A stretch of DNA of 64,000 nucleotides from Octopus sinensis (taxonomy: Eukaryota). The translations under genes were made by a program, and so were the position numbers. The notes below the pieces were generated by a model that was given only the letters and a program-made list of their open reading frames with translations, ran no database searches and had not been told where the DNA came from. The stretch is taken from positions 16,318,464-16,382,463 of the forward strand of contig NC_043011.1 in assembly GCF_006345805.1 (NCBI RefSeq), written 5' to 3'. Each line of letters opens with the position of its first letter. Within the stretch, counting starts at the first letter, position 1. Shown piece after piece: positions 12,427 to 24,499 of this stretch.

Positions 12427-12707
12427 AAATAGATATTACAGAAAAATAAGATTATAGATGTATGTAAGTAAACTTCTGTTCCATGGACTATCAAATTGAA
12501 CTTATACATACGCAGCGCGTGTCCACATTTACGTTTGCTTTGTTAACTCTTCGTGTTTCATTGTAACGACATCATTTGTTGGCTTCCAAACTACTTGTGT
12601 CATTGCGTCAGACTCTTTGCTTTAAAACACATTACTTTTCGGTACCATTAACACATATAAAGACACACACACACGCATTTTCCCCTGTTATCTATTTCGA
12701 TATTTGT

Positions 12708-13095
12708 GGAGGCGCAATGGCCCAGTGGTTAGGGCAGCGGACTCGCGGTCATAGGATCGCGGTTTCGATTCCCAGACCGGGCGTTGTGAGTGTTTATTGA
12801 GCGAAAACACCTAAAGCTCCACGAGGCTCTGACAGGGGATGGTGGTGATCCCTGCTGTACTCTTTCACCAGGACTTTCTCTCACTCTTACTTCCTGTTTC
12901 TGTTGTACCTGTATTTCAAGGGGCCGGCCTTGTCACTCCTTGTGTCACGCTGAATATCCCCGAGAACTACGTTAAGGGTAGACGTGTCTGTGGAGTGCTC
13001 AGCCACTTACACGTTAATTTCACGAGCAGGCTATTCCGTTGATTCGGATCAACCGGAACCCTCATCGTCGTAAACGACGGAGTGCTTCCAATCCA
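12708..13095 (+). mobile_element. tRNA-derived SINE, family 2 (long body)
   Basis: Head GGAGGCGCAATGGCCCAGTGGTTAGGGCAGCGGACTCGCGG...GGTTTCGATTCCC with A and B boxes. Head homologous to 36840-36984. Confidence 0.88.
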
Positions 13096-14795
13096 AAAAA
13101 TGTGTATATGACGTTTCTTTTCCATGCAGTCACTAAAGTACATACACACTCGTACACATATCAAATATGTTATTCTTCTTTGCATCTAAACTTCTGGCAT
13201 ACGTTATAAGATACGAAACAATCTATTTCATATATAAGAATATCGACCATTATATGAATTTATCAGAATAGTTGTCTCTATTATTGTAGGAATTTTGGCC
13301 GGTTCGTACACCATGTATTATTGACAGTGGAGTAGTAAATGAAACAAATATTAACTCGGACCAAAGAAAGATTATTCAGTTATCTACGAACTTTATTATT
13401 GAGGTTCTGTAATTATTCTGACGCATTTCTGTTTTATGTTTCAACGGAAAAATTAACCAATAATTATATATAACATTGGATTCGAAAGCCATGCAGAAAT
13501 ATTCATATATGAATGGCGACTTCATAATTTCATTAACACTGTATGCTTCATGCAAACAGACTATTGTGAAACTATTATCAATATTTTATCTCACTGTATT
13601 GCTTTCAGAAAACTGTTGAAATGCAGGTAAAACTAATATTGAAAGTGATTCTGTTTAGTAATAGCCTTTGAACTTCACCGCTCATATTCATTACCTCGAT
13701 TCAATATTGCACTTAAGTGAACAACATGCGCCAACAAGCATATATATATATATATTCTTTTATTCGCAACTGCCATTTGGCTGTAGTCAGGCTTTTGTGT
13801 CACCTTCCAGGGTTTATAGTCAATAATATCGAGCCTAGCACACGTGTTACTCAGGTATTTATTTCATCAATCTATATTTGTCGAATCGCTTTTTGAATCG
13901 AGAGCCACTAGTCCCCGAGACACATCGACTTTTACTCATACATAGACACATGTATACATTCACAAGTACCAGCATACATATATAGAAGAATACAAACTTT
14001 ACACGCACACACAAAGGCATATTTACAGAAACATATAGAAACATATAAACATAGAGACACACATATTAAAACTTAGTGGGGTTTTTTCTCATGTGCATGA
14101 AAACATCAAACATAACTCAGTGCACATGTAGAGTTTGCTATTGATAATAATTTCACGATAAGAGACTTTGAAGTGTTGTCGAGCCTATTCAAATACGTCT
14201 ATTCAAATAAGCTCTATGTACGCCGAAACATCTAATTTATTGTCACTGATATTACATACGTAATAACAACATGCACATTATCACAGGCAGAGCATTGTAG
14301 AGCATCTAAGCGTTATAATTAATTACCAAATGTGTGCAGAATGTAGTCAGTGCTATGACATATAGGTCATCAAAAAGAAAAGGATAAAGATAGGGACAAT
14401 GGCTTTCAAATATAATTCATAAGGTTGATATGGGATATTTACATTACACACTCACACACACACGACACTGTATAATATATGGAGAATTCTGTGTATAGTC
14501 GTTCACCAAGAGAAGGCATTTTTCAGTGATGTTCCAAGGTATTGTTTAACAGTACTGAGTACAGTAGTACTCACAAAATTTTGCCGATACGTAAATTGGA
14601 TGATGGTAGTGACGTGTAACACTAAAGGTACCCGTAGTAGTCGTACAGCAAACTATATGCACAAAAATACACACATACACAAACACACACACACACCACC
14701 ACCACCACCACCACCACACATATCTTTAATAACAGCTTGAAACTGCTTCACATTAATTAAAGTCCCGTGGGCTTAGTACACGTCTACCCTGTCAT

Positions 14796-14830
<35 letters not shown>

Positions 14831-14838
14831 CACACACA

Positions 14839-14873
<35 letters not shown>

Positions 14874-15265
14874 TATACATATATATATATACACCTATTT
14901 TGGTATCTCAATACTTGTAAACCTTCCAATCTTCCTTCTTTGTCTGCAGAGCCACACACTGATTGCCTGCTAACACCGCTTTTACAATTCTTTCATAGCA
15001 GCATCAACGTCGCAGAATGCTAAAAGCGATATATTTTGCTCGCTTTTCTTTCCAATCTACTTGATGTTGTTATCAAATACATGTCCTGTCAGCGATCTGG
15101 GATAGCTTCCATATTAAGCTTATGAAAACAATACCAACCAGTCTTCAAATCAACCAAATTTCCTTTCTTTTTCTTCTATCTCTTTTACATCTAATTGTCG
15201 TTTCTTTCGTCTTTAATCATCGCTTCCTTTATACTTTGTTAATGGTATCTCTCTTCACATATATA

Positions 15266-15305
<40 letters not shown>

Positions 15306-15909
15306 CCCTACCTCACTTTCTCTGTATCTCTTGCGCTCTCTCTCTCTCTCTCTCTCTCTTTGCATCTGCTATTAACAGTTTTCTCTCTTCTTTCTTCTCA
15401 GTTTCACTCTAAATCTGTCTATGCAAGTAACGCGTTGTATTTCCATTGTTCACAATCTCGTATGTACATTCAACAGTTTATGCATATGAGACAACAGCCA
15501 GCCATGTTTCAACAACAGCCTTATTCTCTCTCCACTCAAGCTGTCCGTCAGCTGCTGCCTTCGTCGTTGAAAGGGCAATATTTAGATTGCTTACATTATC
15601 TAAATGAATTCTACAGAATGAGTCATTAATATTGATGAGTGTAATTTAGCTGCGGTTAGGGATTGATTGAGCTAATCTACCCGCCAGTTTTCCAAGTTAG
15701 ATAATGTAACGATAGCCGATATCTAAGTATACTAAATTCCGGCTTGTCCAAACTTATTACGCAAATATTGATCTGTAGGCGTACCAGTTCTCACGCCCAA
15801 TAACAATAAAACAGATTTATACTAATATACATACGCATATGGCTCTCTCTCTCTCTCTCTCTCTGTATATATATATATATATATATACAGAGAGGGAGAG
15901 AGAGAGAGA

Positions 15910-15958
15910 GAAACTAAGAGACAAACAGACAAGTAGGTAGATAGATTAGGTAGATAGT

Positions 15959-16001
<43 letters not shown>

Positions 16002-16009
16002 ATAGATAT

Positions 16010-16049
<40 letters not shown>

Positions 16050-16101
16050 GAGATAGATAGATAGTAGATAGATAGATAGACTAGATAGATAGATAGATAG
16101 G

Positions 16102-16163
<62 letters not shown>

Positions 16164-16179
16164 TTAGATAGATAGATAG

Positions 16180-16245
<66 letters not shown>

Positions 16246-16246
16246 A
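15910..16246. repeat. (GATA)n microsatellite, ~300 bp
   Basis: Directly visible. Confidence 0.97.
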
Positions 16247-16515
16247 TACACACACGCCCTTGTACAACTCACAACCACCAACACACTCTCACACACACAC
16301 CATTCTACTTCTGCTTTGTTCATCTTATTTAATTGTTTCATCTATTTAAAAGTTTTTTTTAAACATTTTTCTTATATTTTTTTATCTCAAGATCAACAAA
16401 CAATCAAACAATCTTACTAGAATATAATTTCGTTGAATCTCTATTCATTAAATAAACATACACTTAAACGCACGCGTGATCGGAAGATCAAGTAACATAC
16501 CCGCATTCAGAAACA

Positions 16516-16564
<49 letters not shown>

Positions 16565-16726
16565 ACACACAGAGGACACACAACTTCATACAATTTGTGC
16601 ATGTATATATATATATATGTGTGTGTGTGCGTGTGGATATGTGTGTGAATATGTGTGTGAGCTTGTGTGCCTGTGTGTGTAAGCGTGTGTGCATGTATAC
16701 TTAAATACATATACATATTATGTATC

Positions 16727-16762
<36 letters not shown>

Positions 16763-17764
16763 ATATATATATAATATATATACATATTTTGTATATATAT
16801 ATATATATTATATATGTGTGTGTGTACTTGTGTGTATGCGTGTATATTTGTGTATGCAGACACCCACACAAATGCATAGACACACACGTTCTGTACCCAG
16901 CAGATATAGCGTTTCTTTTTTTTTTCTTTCTCTCGGCGTGGAAATAATTACTTCAGAAATTTCTAATAACTGTTTGTTCTTTTACTTTCTTCATTCAACA
17001 GTATTTATCACTGTACGCCACTTAATACTGTCTTATATAATTAAAGAGAACAAAAAGGACTGTTCTATATACTAATTAAATTTTCCTTCCATATATTTAC
17101 AAACACTATTGAAATTCTCTAGACAATATTAACGAGAAAATTTAGTGTATTTTCATATGCAGCACCGGACGCGTTGTGATTATAGATTTTTTTTTCCTAT
17201 TTAGTTGCCAACAACGAAACAATTGAATCATTCCTTTTCTCAAATTTTGTTTGTAGTTGTTTCTTGTGTTGTTTCGCCTCATGTCGGCCCTGACTGAGCA
17301 GACATATGGAGAAATATATTGCAATATTGCTATTAATGATTTCCATTTACAGTGAGCCATGGACTACATTATCTGATATCTTCTTTCTTAAGACAATAGG
17401 ATGTAACTTGAAGGATATTTTTTCTGATATTGTCATTGGCTATCCACATACAGACACCATGGTTCACTCGTTTGAATCAAAGGAAACGACGTCTCAGTGT
17501 GTCCTGAATTAATAGCGAAGAAACTAACAACAATTCCCATTATTATTCAACTCTATTGATTTTTTTCCGACTTCTGACAATATATCGTTAATGATAGATA
17601 GACATTCATTTATCAATTTTCATTCACTATCATTCAGGAAATAAGTGCAATGTCCTCAGTGTTATCTAACAACAACATTTTGTTCAAATGTGAACAGAAC
17701 GGTTTCGTCGCTCTGCTTACATATCGGGAAGACCTAGCCAGCGACATTTCCAATAACCCTGATT

Positions 17765-18200
17765 ACTTTACTTGTACTTGTACTTCTGGCGACATTCACC
17801 CTGGGCGGATTGAGTTGGTTTCTTCTACCACCCTCGAGGCATCTAGAACCATGGCAGCCCACGCACGACGGTCCTGTGCCAGTTCACTGCAGATAGCGAG
17901 CCAGATAGTGAGCACGGAGCAGTCCTCCTTGATCGTCGTAGCCCAGGTCTTCAGCTGCCCACCGTGCGTTTCCGCCATTTGGGAAAATGACATCACGGTT
18001 CAGTTCACCCACCGGACGCCTACATGCATAAATTTCAAGACGTAAGCCCTTCGCTATTGACTGGCCTATCCTGTTCAAGAGTGAGCTAAAATAATGTGAA
18101 TCTGATAAACGGCGACTACACCTGCTCATACTCGTGGAATCTCGGGCGATATCGTAGCCACAACTACATGTTTGTACATCGTTAGTCACTATATGCAATC
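17765..18200 (-). mobile_element. RTE-clade LINE 3' end
   Basis: GGQLKTWATTIKED...LAQDRRAWAAMV is a typical RTE ORF C-terminus, followed by a (CAAGTA)n-type tail at about 17765-17785. Confidence 0.85.
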
Positions 18201-18223
18201 AAGTGGAGATTCATTGACAAATA

Positions 18224-18272
<49 letters not shown>

Positions 18273-18279
18273 ACTTATA

Positions 18280-18595
18280 ATGCCAAATATGCCGAAAATT
18301 GGACATATTGTCCATTTACCATATAATTTTTCCAGTACGCACGCTACTCGAAAAAAGGTCGGCAGAAATCTCTAAAAAATTCCATTATTACCATATCGGA
18401 CCGAGTTCAGGGTTAGTTCAAAAAGAACCCTCCCTTCGTCAGTGATACATGTGGCAAAGAAGTAAATCGGTCCGATATGGTAATAATGGAATTTTTTAGA
18501 GATTTCTGTCGACCTTTTTTCGAGTAACGTGCGTACTGGGAAAAAAAATTATATGGTAAATGGACAATATGTCCAATTTTCGGCATGTTTGGCAT
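18280..18595. repeat. Fold-back element, ~125-bp arms, 62-nt loop
   Basis: 18280-18404 is the near-perfect reverse complement of 18467-18595; preceded by (TA)n. Confidence 0.93.
18394..18447 (-). ncRNA. Degenerate minimal type I hammerhead motif at the fold-back loop
   Basis: Minus strand: TATCA-CTGACGA-AGGG(inner GTTC/GAAC hairpin)CCCT-GAAC-TCG-GTC-CGATA. Stem II is perfect, GAAA lacks one A, and stem I has one mismatch. Confidence 0.6.
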
Positions 18596-18779
18596 AAATT
18601 TTTTTTCGTTTGCCCTTATTTATCAGTTGTTTATAATTTAACCTTTAAAGGTATTTTTTAATATGCTGGCCATTGATAAAATTTTTTTTTTCGAAAAAAA
18701 TTTATCCTACATTAGATATATATATATCATCGCGCGAGAGAGCTATTTTATGCTCGACGTTTACTTTTATATTTATATA

Positions 18780-18829
<50 letters not shown>

Positions 18830-18957
18830 ATATATATATATATATATATATACATAAATATATATATATATATAGATATATATATATAAATGTATATATA
18901 TATTTATATAGAGATATATTGTATATATATGTATATATATATATATTTTAATTTATA

Positions 18958-19105
18958 TATAGAGGGAATTATTATACATACATGCCACACGCGAAGAGGG
19001 ACAAAATTAGTCATTTCTACAAAAATTTTACTAGTAAAATTTTTGGTAGAAATGACTAATTGTGTCCCTCTAGCGTGTGGCATGTGTATAAAATGCCCTC
19101 TATAC
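18958..19105. repeat. Loopless palindrome (~70-bp arms) centred on ACTAGT
   Basis: CATGCCACACGC.AGAGGGACA.AATTAGTCATTTCTAC.AAAATTTTACT|AGTAAAATTTT.GTAGAAATGACTAATT.TGTCCCTCT.GCGTGTGGCATG, next to (TA)n. Confidence 0.93.
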
Positions 19106-19248
19106 ATAGATTAATATGTTCAATAAGAAAGAATTATTTTCGAAATTTTTTCTTTTATGAGGTTTTTCACGCTATCTACCCGATAATTTCTTGTTAAGTT
19201 TTCCTTATAAGAAGTTGTCCTTAATTGCTATTAGATATATATATATAA

Positions 19249-19297
<49 letters not shown>

Positions 19298-19808
19298 GGG
19301 GCGTACTTGCTTAATTCTTTTTTTCAGGAATTGTCTGATGTATTGGTAAACATTATGACTGATGTTGACTGTAGTCGACGGGAAGTACTAGAATATTGGA
19401 AAATTTGTTACCTGTATCATAATTATTTGCACCGGGTATCAAAATGCTGACGTCATGACTATTACCGAAATCTGTGAACACTGTAGAGGCTGTAAGACAA
19501 GACATAGACAGCTGCCACAGATACTGCAAAGCCGTAGCCAGCAAGTGCTCTGCCTGCGACCTCATGCTGGGTGTCATCCATAAGATGCAGGAAAATGAGA
19601 TGGAAGATTCAAGCAAGGGACTCTGGGTTTTAGTGAAGGAAATAGCTGGTGATATGTGTAGCAGCAGGATTCGACTCTTTGCGATACCACCGGAGAGAAT
19701 CAAAAGTCCTTGTCCAAGAATGTTTGCGCCTCCCTCATCCCCCAGTTAAAGCTTCTTAATTCCCCCTATTGCATTCTCAGGGATTACTACGCGTGAATGG
19801 CGGCTGAG

Positions 19809-19840
<32 letters not shown>

Positions 19841-19960
19841 AAGAGAATGAGTTTGAAGTGATGTACGGATATATAGTTTTATATTTAAGACATGAGGAAT
19901 TATGTACATTATTTACATTACTTACATTTGACGATATTTGTCTTCATCTTTTTTGTTGTT

Positions 19961-20006
19961 AACACAACGTTTCGCCTGATATACCCCCCAGCCTTCATCA
20001 GGTGTC
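19961..20006 (-). ncRNA. Minimal type I hammerhead ribozyme motif
   Basis: GACAC-CTGATGA-A-GGCTG..CAGGC-GAAAC-GTT-GTGTT. Stem I is 5 bp, the core is intact, the stem III palindrome is ACGU, and stem II has one mismatch. Confidence 0.7.
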
Positions 20007-20229
20007 TTGGGGAAATTTCGAACCTGGGTTCTCATTCCTAAGGTATTTTTTCGATCTTGTTATTATTCATGTCACTGCCTGGAATCGAACTCTGAATCTT
20101 GGGGTTATTAGCCCCCGCTCTTAACCGTGACGACACGGGCATATAGCGTAGGGGTTAAGAGCGTGGGCTACTAACCCCAAGATTCAAAGTTCGATTCCAG
20201 GCAGTGACATGAAAAATATAATAATATTC

Positions 20230-20343
<114 letters not shown>

Positions 20344-20392
20344 CATCGAAAAATACCTTAAGAATGAGTAACCAGATCCGAAATTTCCCCAA

Positions 20393-20438
20393 GACACCTG
20401 ATGAAGGCTGGAGGGTATATTAGGCGAAACTTTGTGTT
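20393..20438 (+). ncRNA. Minimal type I hammerhead ribozyme motif (G16.2 mutated)
   Basis: GACAC-CTGATGA-A-GGCTG..TAGGC-GAAAC-TTT-GTGTT, the mirror of 19961-20006. Confidence 0.6.
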
Positions 20439-20814
20439 AACAACAAGCAAAATGAGGACAAGTATCGGTCAAATGTAAATAATCTAAATAATGTACAGAT
20501 ATATATTTAGAATAACAATGTAGTCAGAATGTCACGTGATGATATATACTTTTGTTTATCAAAATGTTTTGATAAATCTGATAACGGAAGAAAGCACTTA
20601 AAGTGTACATAAAATGTAAATGAAATATATATAATCCTCCAACATTCTGACTGCGTTATTATTCCATTGTTCTTAGATCACTGAATAATTTCGTACTATG
20701 TGGTAATATGAGTAAGCAGAAATTCTAAATACTTCTTAAGAATCGAGTCGCTATTATGACTGTTTACAGATTTTTGCCTGTGATTCATGATGATGATGAT
20801 AATGTTTATGATGA

Positions 20815-21404
20815 TGAAGACAACGACGACGACGACAACGAAGAAGAAGAAGAAAAAAAGAAGAAGAAGAAGAAGAAGAAGAAAATGAAGAAGAAGAAAA
20901 TGAAGAAGAAGAAGAAGATAAAGAAAATGAAGAAGGAAATGAAAAGAAGAAGAAGATAAAGAAGAAAAAGAAGAAGGAGAAGAAGAAGAAGAAGAAGAAG
21001 AAGGAGAAGAAGAAGAAAATGAAGAAGAAGATAAAGAAGATAAAGAAGAAGAAGAAGAAGAAGAAGAAGGAGGAGGAGGAAGAGGAGGAGCAGAAGAAGA
21101 AGAAAATGAAGAAGAAGATAAAGAAGATAAAGAAGAAAAATAAGAAGAAGGAGAAGAAGAAGAAGAAGAAGAAGAAGGAGAAGAAGAAGAAAATGAAGAA
21201 GAAGATAAAGAAGATAAAGAAGAAGAAAAAGAAGAAGAAGAAGAAGAAGAAGGAGGAGGAAGAGGAGGAGGAGCAGAAGAAGAAGAAAATGAAGAAGAAG
21301 ATAAAGAAGATAAAGAAGAAGAAAAAGAAGAAGGAGAAGAAGAAGAAGAAGAAGAAGGAGGAGGAGGAGGAGGAGGAGGAGGAGAGGAGCAGAAGAAGAA
21401 GAAG

Positions 21405-21436
<32 letters not shown>

Positions 21437-21460
21437 GAAGAAGAAGAAGAAGGGGGGAGA
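20815..21460. repeat. Complex (GAA/GAG)n polypurine tract with higher-order units
   Basis: Recurring block AAAATGAAGAAGAAGATAAAGAAGATAAAGAAG... and GAGGAGGAGCAG units. Confidence 0.97.
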
Positions 21461-21872
21461 GCAGAAAGATTTTTGATAAATAAGACAAATGGTGTATATT
21501 TGGAGTGAAATATTGTATAATACGTAAATATTTCCTTGCTAAGAAGTTGATCAGAAGTTCGAATATAACGGAAAATTTCCGTTTCAAATTTTTTTTGTGT
21601 TCTCTCGGTTTCAAGCATCTTCGATATTCCACTTAACTGTTCCCGTGCCCTAAGAGCGAGCGAGAAAACACGTGACGCTCACACTTTATTTCGATTATTG
21701 GTTTGAATTTGCCACAGCCGACGTGATGCAGATAGAACTTGCATAGTTTTATTGGATTTCCTTTGCCTGAACTGAATTGACAGCAGGCAGTTTTCTTCAT
21801 TCGCCTTATATGAAGTAGAGGAATCTACATATCGCGAACAAAGTATCATACATGCTGGCATAAACATTGGAA

Positions 21873-22298
21873 AGGGTCTAAAATGCCGGTTTGAACGGCA
21901 TTTTATCTAGCGGTGTCATATGAAATTGTCACCCATAATTATAACCCTAGTATCGATCTATTGTATTTCAATCTGTTTTAGGGTTAGGGTTAGAGTTAGG
22001 GATGGGTGGAAGGGTATCTGTTTTTCTTCAGAAATGTAAATAGACCCAATCTGTTTCTTAAACGAAAGACATATTCATACGGCACAAAATGTTTTCACCT
22101 CAATAGACGTCAGTGATTGGTTGGAATTGCAGAAATTGAAGGAAAAACAACAAATATCTTACAAACTATAGAATTTTCTCAATAAAGCCAAGAGAAAAAG
22201 ATGTTTTATAAACACATTCTACCAGTATACGAAGTTTAAAAGTGTTTAGTCACGTGGAAATTATTTTTAAAAACTGCCGTTCAAACCGAAAAGATCCT
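21873..22298. mobile_element. MITE-like element with terminal inverted repeats and an internal TTAGGG tract
   Basis: Left AGGGTCT..CGGTTTGAACGGCA.TTTT vs right AAAACTGCCGTTCAAACCG..AGATCCT. TGGAA flanks both ends (21868-21872, 22299-22303). Confidence 0.75.
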
Positions 22299-23498
22299 TG
22301 GAAATAATGGGAACATTAAAAAAAGAAGCAACAAAAAAATAAGGTTCTCGTAGGAGACACATGTCCCTTGTACAAAGCAGGGACAATAATCATGGTCGGA
22401 ACCACGTGGCTTCGAAGTGAACTTCTTCAGCAAAAAATCAGCCAGGTGCATGTCACATATGTGCGTACATTCATATATCTGTGTGAGTGCATAACATGCC
22501 ATCTTCCTTATATTCTTTTGGTTGAAATGAGATGAAAAGTTTCCATTTTTACTTTTGCGTAGAAATAATCATAAATGTGTGTTAGTTATCTTCCACATAA
22601 ACTTCATAGTATTTATTCTATTTATGAAAATATTTTCAACCAACTCTCATTATCTTCGGTAAGAATTATAAGTAATGGTGCAAATTTACTCGCATTTGTT
22701 GAATTCCTCCCCGTCTCTTACGGATAATTCTTAGAAAATTTACATTAAAACTGAGGTTTACATGTTTATTTTCAACCATATATCTACCGGAAAATGGATC
22801 GAAGTATAGCAACTTGTGCTACTTTCGTCTACGAACCTGAATAAGTAATTTAACAGCTAAGTTACTTTTGCGAAAGTTCATTCAAACACTGGAGCGATTT
22901 TGCATTGTAATAATGTTAATAAATTCTGTTACGCGAGAGAATTAATCGATTACGTAATCAGGTCCAATATCTGACCATCATACAGCGGCTGCTATTGATA
23001 AAAAATGGCTTCAAACATGTAGCAATTATAATTTAGGTATCAAAACGAGTACTATATTTTCTTTCATTATAGAAACTTTACGTTAAGCCCATATGGACAG
23101 TAACAGGATTTCTTAATTTGGTGTATTACGTAATGTTTACGCCAATTTTCATACTTTCGGTTTTCGTCCAGCTGATAAATTTCCAGTTCTTTTTGCGAAT
23201 AACTATCTGTTTCTTGTTCTTTAAAGTAAACCACGCTTAGGGTGTTTGTATCGAATAGGCATTTAGTATTCTGAAATTTATCTGAAGAGGTTGTTCACAT
23301 ATTTTAATTCAACGTTATTGTAATGCATAGAGAAGAGATTGACATCGAGAGAAATAGATGCTTTGTATATTGTTATTCATTTTTGCCATCATCATCCGCA
23401 GACGAAAGTTCCAGTATGTTTATATAACACGGATAGAGAGCATAGATAATGATATTTATATCACATTTTCCCTTTTTATATACGTATATGTATACATT

Positions 23499-23553
<55 letters not shown>

Positions 23554-23564
23554 ATATATATATA

Positions 23565-23800
23565 TATCAAATTAGAGACAAAACCACTATTATGCAAATC
23601 AAACAAAGAAAGACTTAAGCCAATGCATAAAATAATTTATATAAATTAAAATTTAACATATGAATAACCATAATATTATACAAAGCATAATAGTGGTTTT
23701 GCTTCTAATTTGATATAATATAATATTTTACTATAAAATCTTAAATCTGATTTTTCCTTGTAAATTTGGATTTATTCCCTAATATTTATTATTATATATA
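23565..23800. repeat. PLE pseudo-LTR remnant with internal inversion (same family as 27365-27530)
   Basis: ATCAAATTAGAGACAAAACCACTATTATGC (23565-23594) is inverted at 23684-23713. 23720-23785 is the reverse complement of 27365-27450. Lies between (TA)n tracts. Confidence 0.85.
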
Positions 23801-23810
23801 TATATATATA

Positions 23811-24490
23811 AGCAATAATAAATCTCTGAACGAGATGTAAACAGTAACCGCTCGACAACGTAAAGTGTACTAGCCATCTCAATATGGCTAACCACTAAGG
23901 GTGGGTGGTACTGAAGCTTTTAGCCCCAGGAGATCATCGTCTCCAGCTGGCTTTAGACACACTTTCTGTGCCCTTATGATATTCGCAAAAACCTCGAAAC
24001 TATAATCCGTGCGTATCACTTAGGTTTACGAGAGAGGATGACCTCCCTTTGCGAATATCATAAGGGTACAGAAAGTGTGTCTAAAGCCAGCTGCAGACGA
24101 TGATCTCCTGGGGCTAAAAGCTTCAGTAACACCCACCCCTAGTGGTAAGCCATATTGTGATAACTAGTATACTTTACGCTGTGGAGCGGTTACTGTTTAC
24201 ATCTCGTTCAGAGATTTATTATTGCTTTCAGACAGTTTTTCGAAATCAGTGACAGTGGTTGCTGGGAAAAACATTAAATAGCTATTCGCAAACAGGTCTC
24301 TCCTCATCGAAAACCGGTGATTACCGTACGTTGACGACAAGCAAAAACTTCGAAACTATAGTCCGTGCGTATCACTTAGGTTTACGAGGGGGGACGACCT
24401 TCCTTTGCGAATATCATAAGGACACAAAAGCTTCAGTAACACCCACTCTTAGTGGTTAGCCATATTGAGATAGCTAGTATACTTTACGTA
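23811..24490. repeat. Fold-back element (~178-bp arms) plus a partial third copy
   Basis: 23811-23989 is inverted at 24048-24226. The loop and part of the right arm recur at about 24341-24488 with an internal deletion. Confidence 0.92.
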
Positions 24491-24499
24491 GCTTCTGCA

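Noticed and set aside
15360-15629. Gln-rich ORF as a host exon
   Set aside because: No recognisable domain or convincing splice sites; starts in a CT repeat.
20138-20212. tRNA gene (also 12708-12780 and 36910-36984)
   Set aside because: A and B boxes are present, but there is no closed acceptor stem and the sequences continue into repeat bodies; these are SINE heads.
20754-21632. Long ORFs of 292, 270 and 154 aa
   Set aside because: They are translations of the GAA/TTC tract (poly-F/L/S/K/E) with no domain content.
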